From an uncultured bacterium (GTDB lineage: Bacteria; Babelota; Babeliae; Babelales; Babelaceae), in NCBI GenBank assembly GCA_963819815.1, contig CAWFXL010000001.1:768001-832000 (forward strand): a stretch of DNA of 64,000 nucleotides. Reading direction: 5' to 3'. Below, piece after piece: positions 63,477 through 64,000 of the stretch (its first letter is position 1; each line of letters starts with the position of its first letter). The translations under genes were made by a program, and so were the position numbers. Under the pieces are notes generated by a model. That model was given only the letters and a program-made list of their open reading frames with translations. It did no database searches and was not told where the DNA came from.

Positions 63477-64000
63477 GTGTCACCAAAAGAGCATCTCATA
63501 TGGGATTTAAGCGGTACCCTCTTTATGCCCAGCAAAGAGGGCATGAGCCCAACTGAGCTTGCAGATTACTCATTTCTCTTTCTTATGTGGTCGGGGAAAA
63601 AAGAAGCCACACGCCTTGATATTATCGCCTTTCAAGTCCTTACCCTACTCAACAAACACCTTCAACCTTCTCAGGCAGTCTCATACACCCATACGGGTGC
63701 CATCCTTCCTGAAATTGTCCGTCTCAATCTAGCTGGCATAATGAGCTCTCGGGAAGCATTAACCATAACCTTAGAGTTTTTTAACATCTGGGCTCCACAG
63801 AATCTGTCTGCAAACGATGCACAACAGGTACGCAGAATGCTTGAGATCTTCTTCAATCCTAACTCCCTTGCTCGATGTATGAAACCATTACAGCATGTCG
63901 TAGATCTACTCATGCGTTATGCACAAAAAAATATCCCACACTATATTCTTTCTAACTGGGATAAAGATTCCTTTGGCCCCTTTTACCAAATCTATAAAGA
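63477..64000 (+). CDS. HAD-superfamily hydrolase (partial; runs off window end)
   Basis: AAGGAG SD, GTG start, MSPKEHLIWDLSGTLF, in-frame YILSNWDKDSF near the end. Confidence 0.75.
   Translation, partial: MSPKEHLIWDLSGTLFMPSKEGMSPTELADYSFLFLMWSGKKEATRLDIIAFQVLTLLNKHLQPSQAVSYTHTGAILPEIVRLNLAGIMSSREALTITLEFFNIWAPQNLSANDAQQVRRMLEIFFNPNSLARCMKPLQHVVDLLMRYAQKNIPHYILSNWDKDSFGPFYQIYK

Overview
Core-chromosome window (GC moderately low by eye) of what looks like a host-dependent bacterium. My inference is Candidatus Dependentiae/Babelota (TM6), from 16S features, a dispersed ATP-synthase gene and many signal-peptide-bearing ankyrin/TPR paralogs; a 16S search would be needed to confirm. Housekeeping content: the tRNA-rpmG-secE-nusG-rplKAJL-rpoB cluster without tuf, tsaE, atpG, murA, ABC-F, MATE and DMT transporters, a complete 16S-Ile-Ala-23S-5S operon and gmk. 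Between these lie several tandem paralog arrays of secreted proteins, an AAA/DUF4143 gene and an AbiEi/AbiEii toxin-antitoxin pair. Three candidate undescribed systems stand out. (1) A tightly coupled four-gene operon: a porin, a pentameric ligand-gated ion channel, a dead PPP-phosphatase fused to a Venus-flytrap domain, and a second dead phosphatase (29.6-35.3 kb). (2) An array of about 8 catalytically degenerate HEPN/HI0074-like genes, six of them as coupled A/B pairs, starting right after the 5S terminator (39.2-43.3 kb). (3) A GNAT-like gene plus a DUF3419/BtaA-like fused to a CADD-like diiron oxidase (49.3-52.1 kb). All family calls are by-eye motif recognition, not database searches. Single-base insertions in rpmG and one ankyrin gene may be assembly errors.
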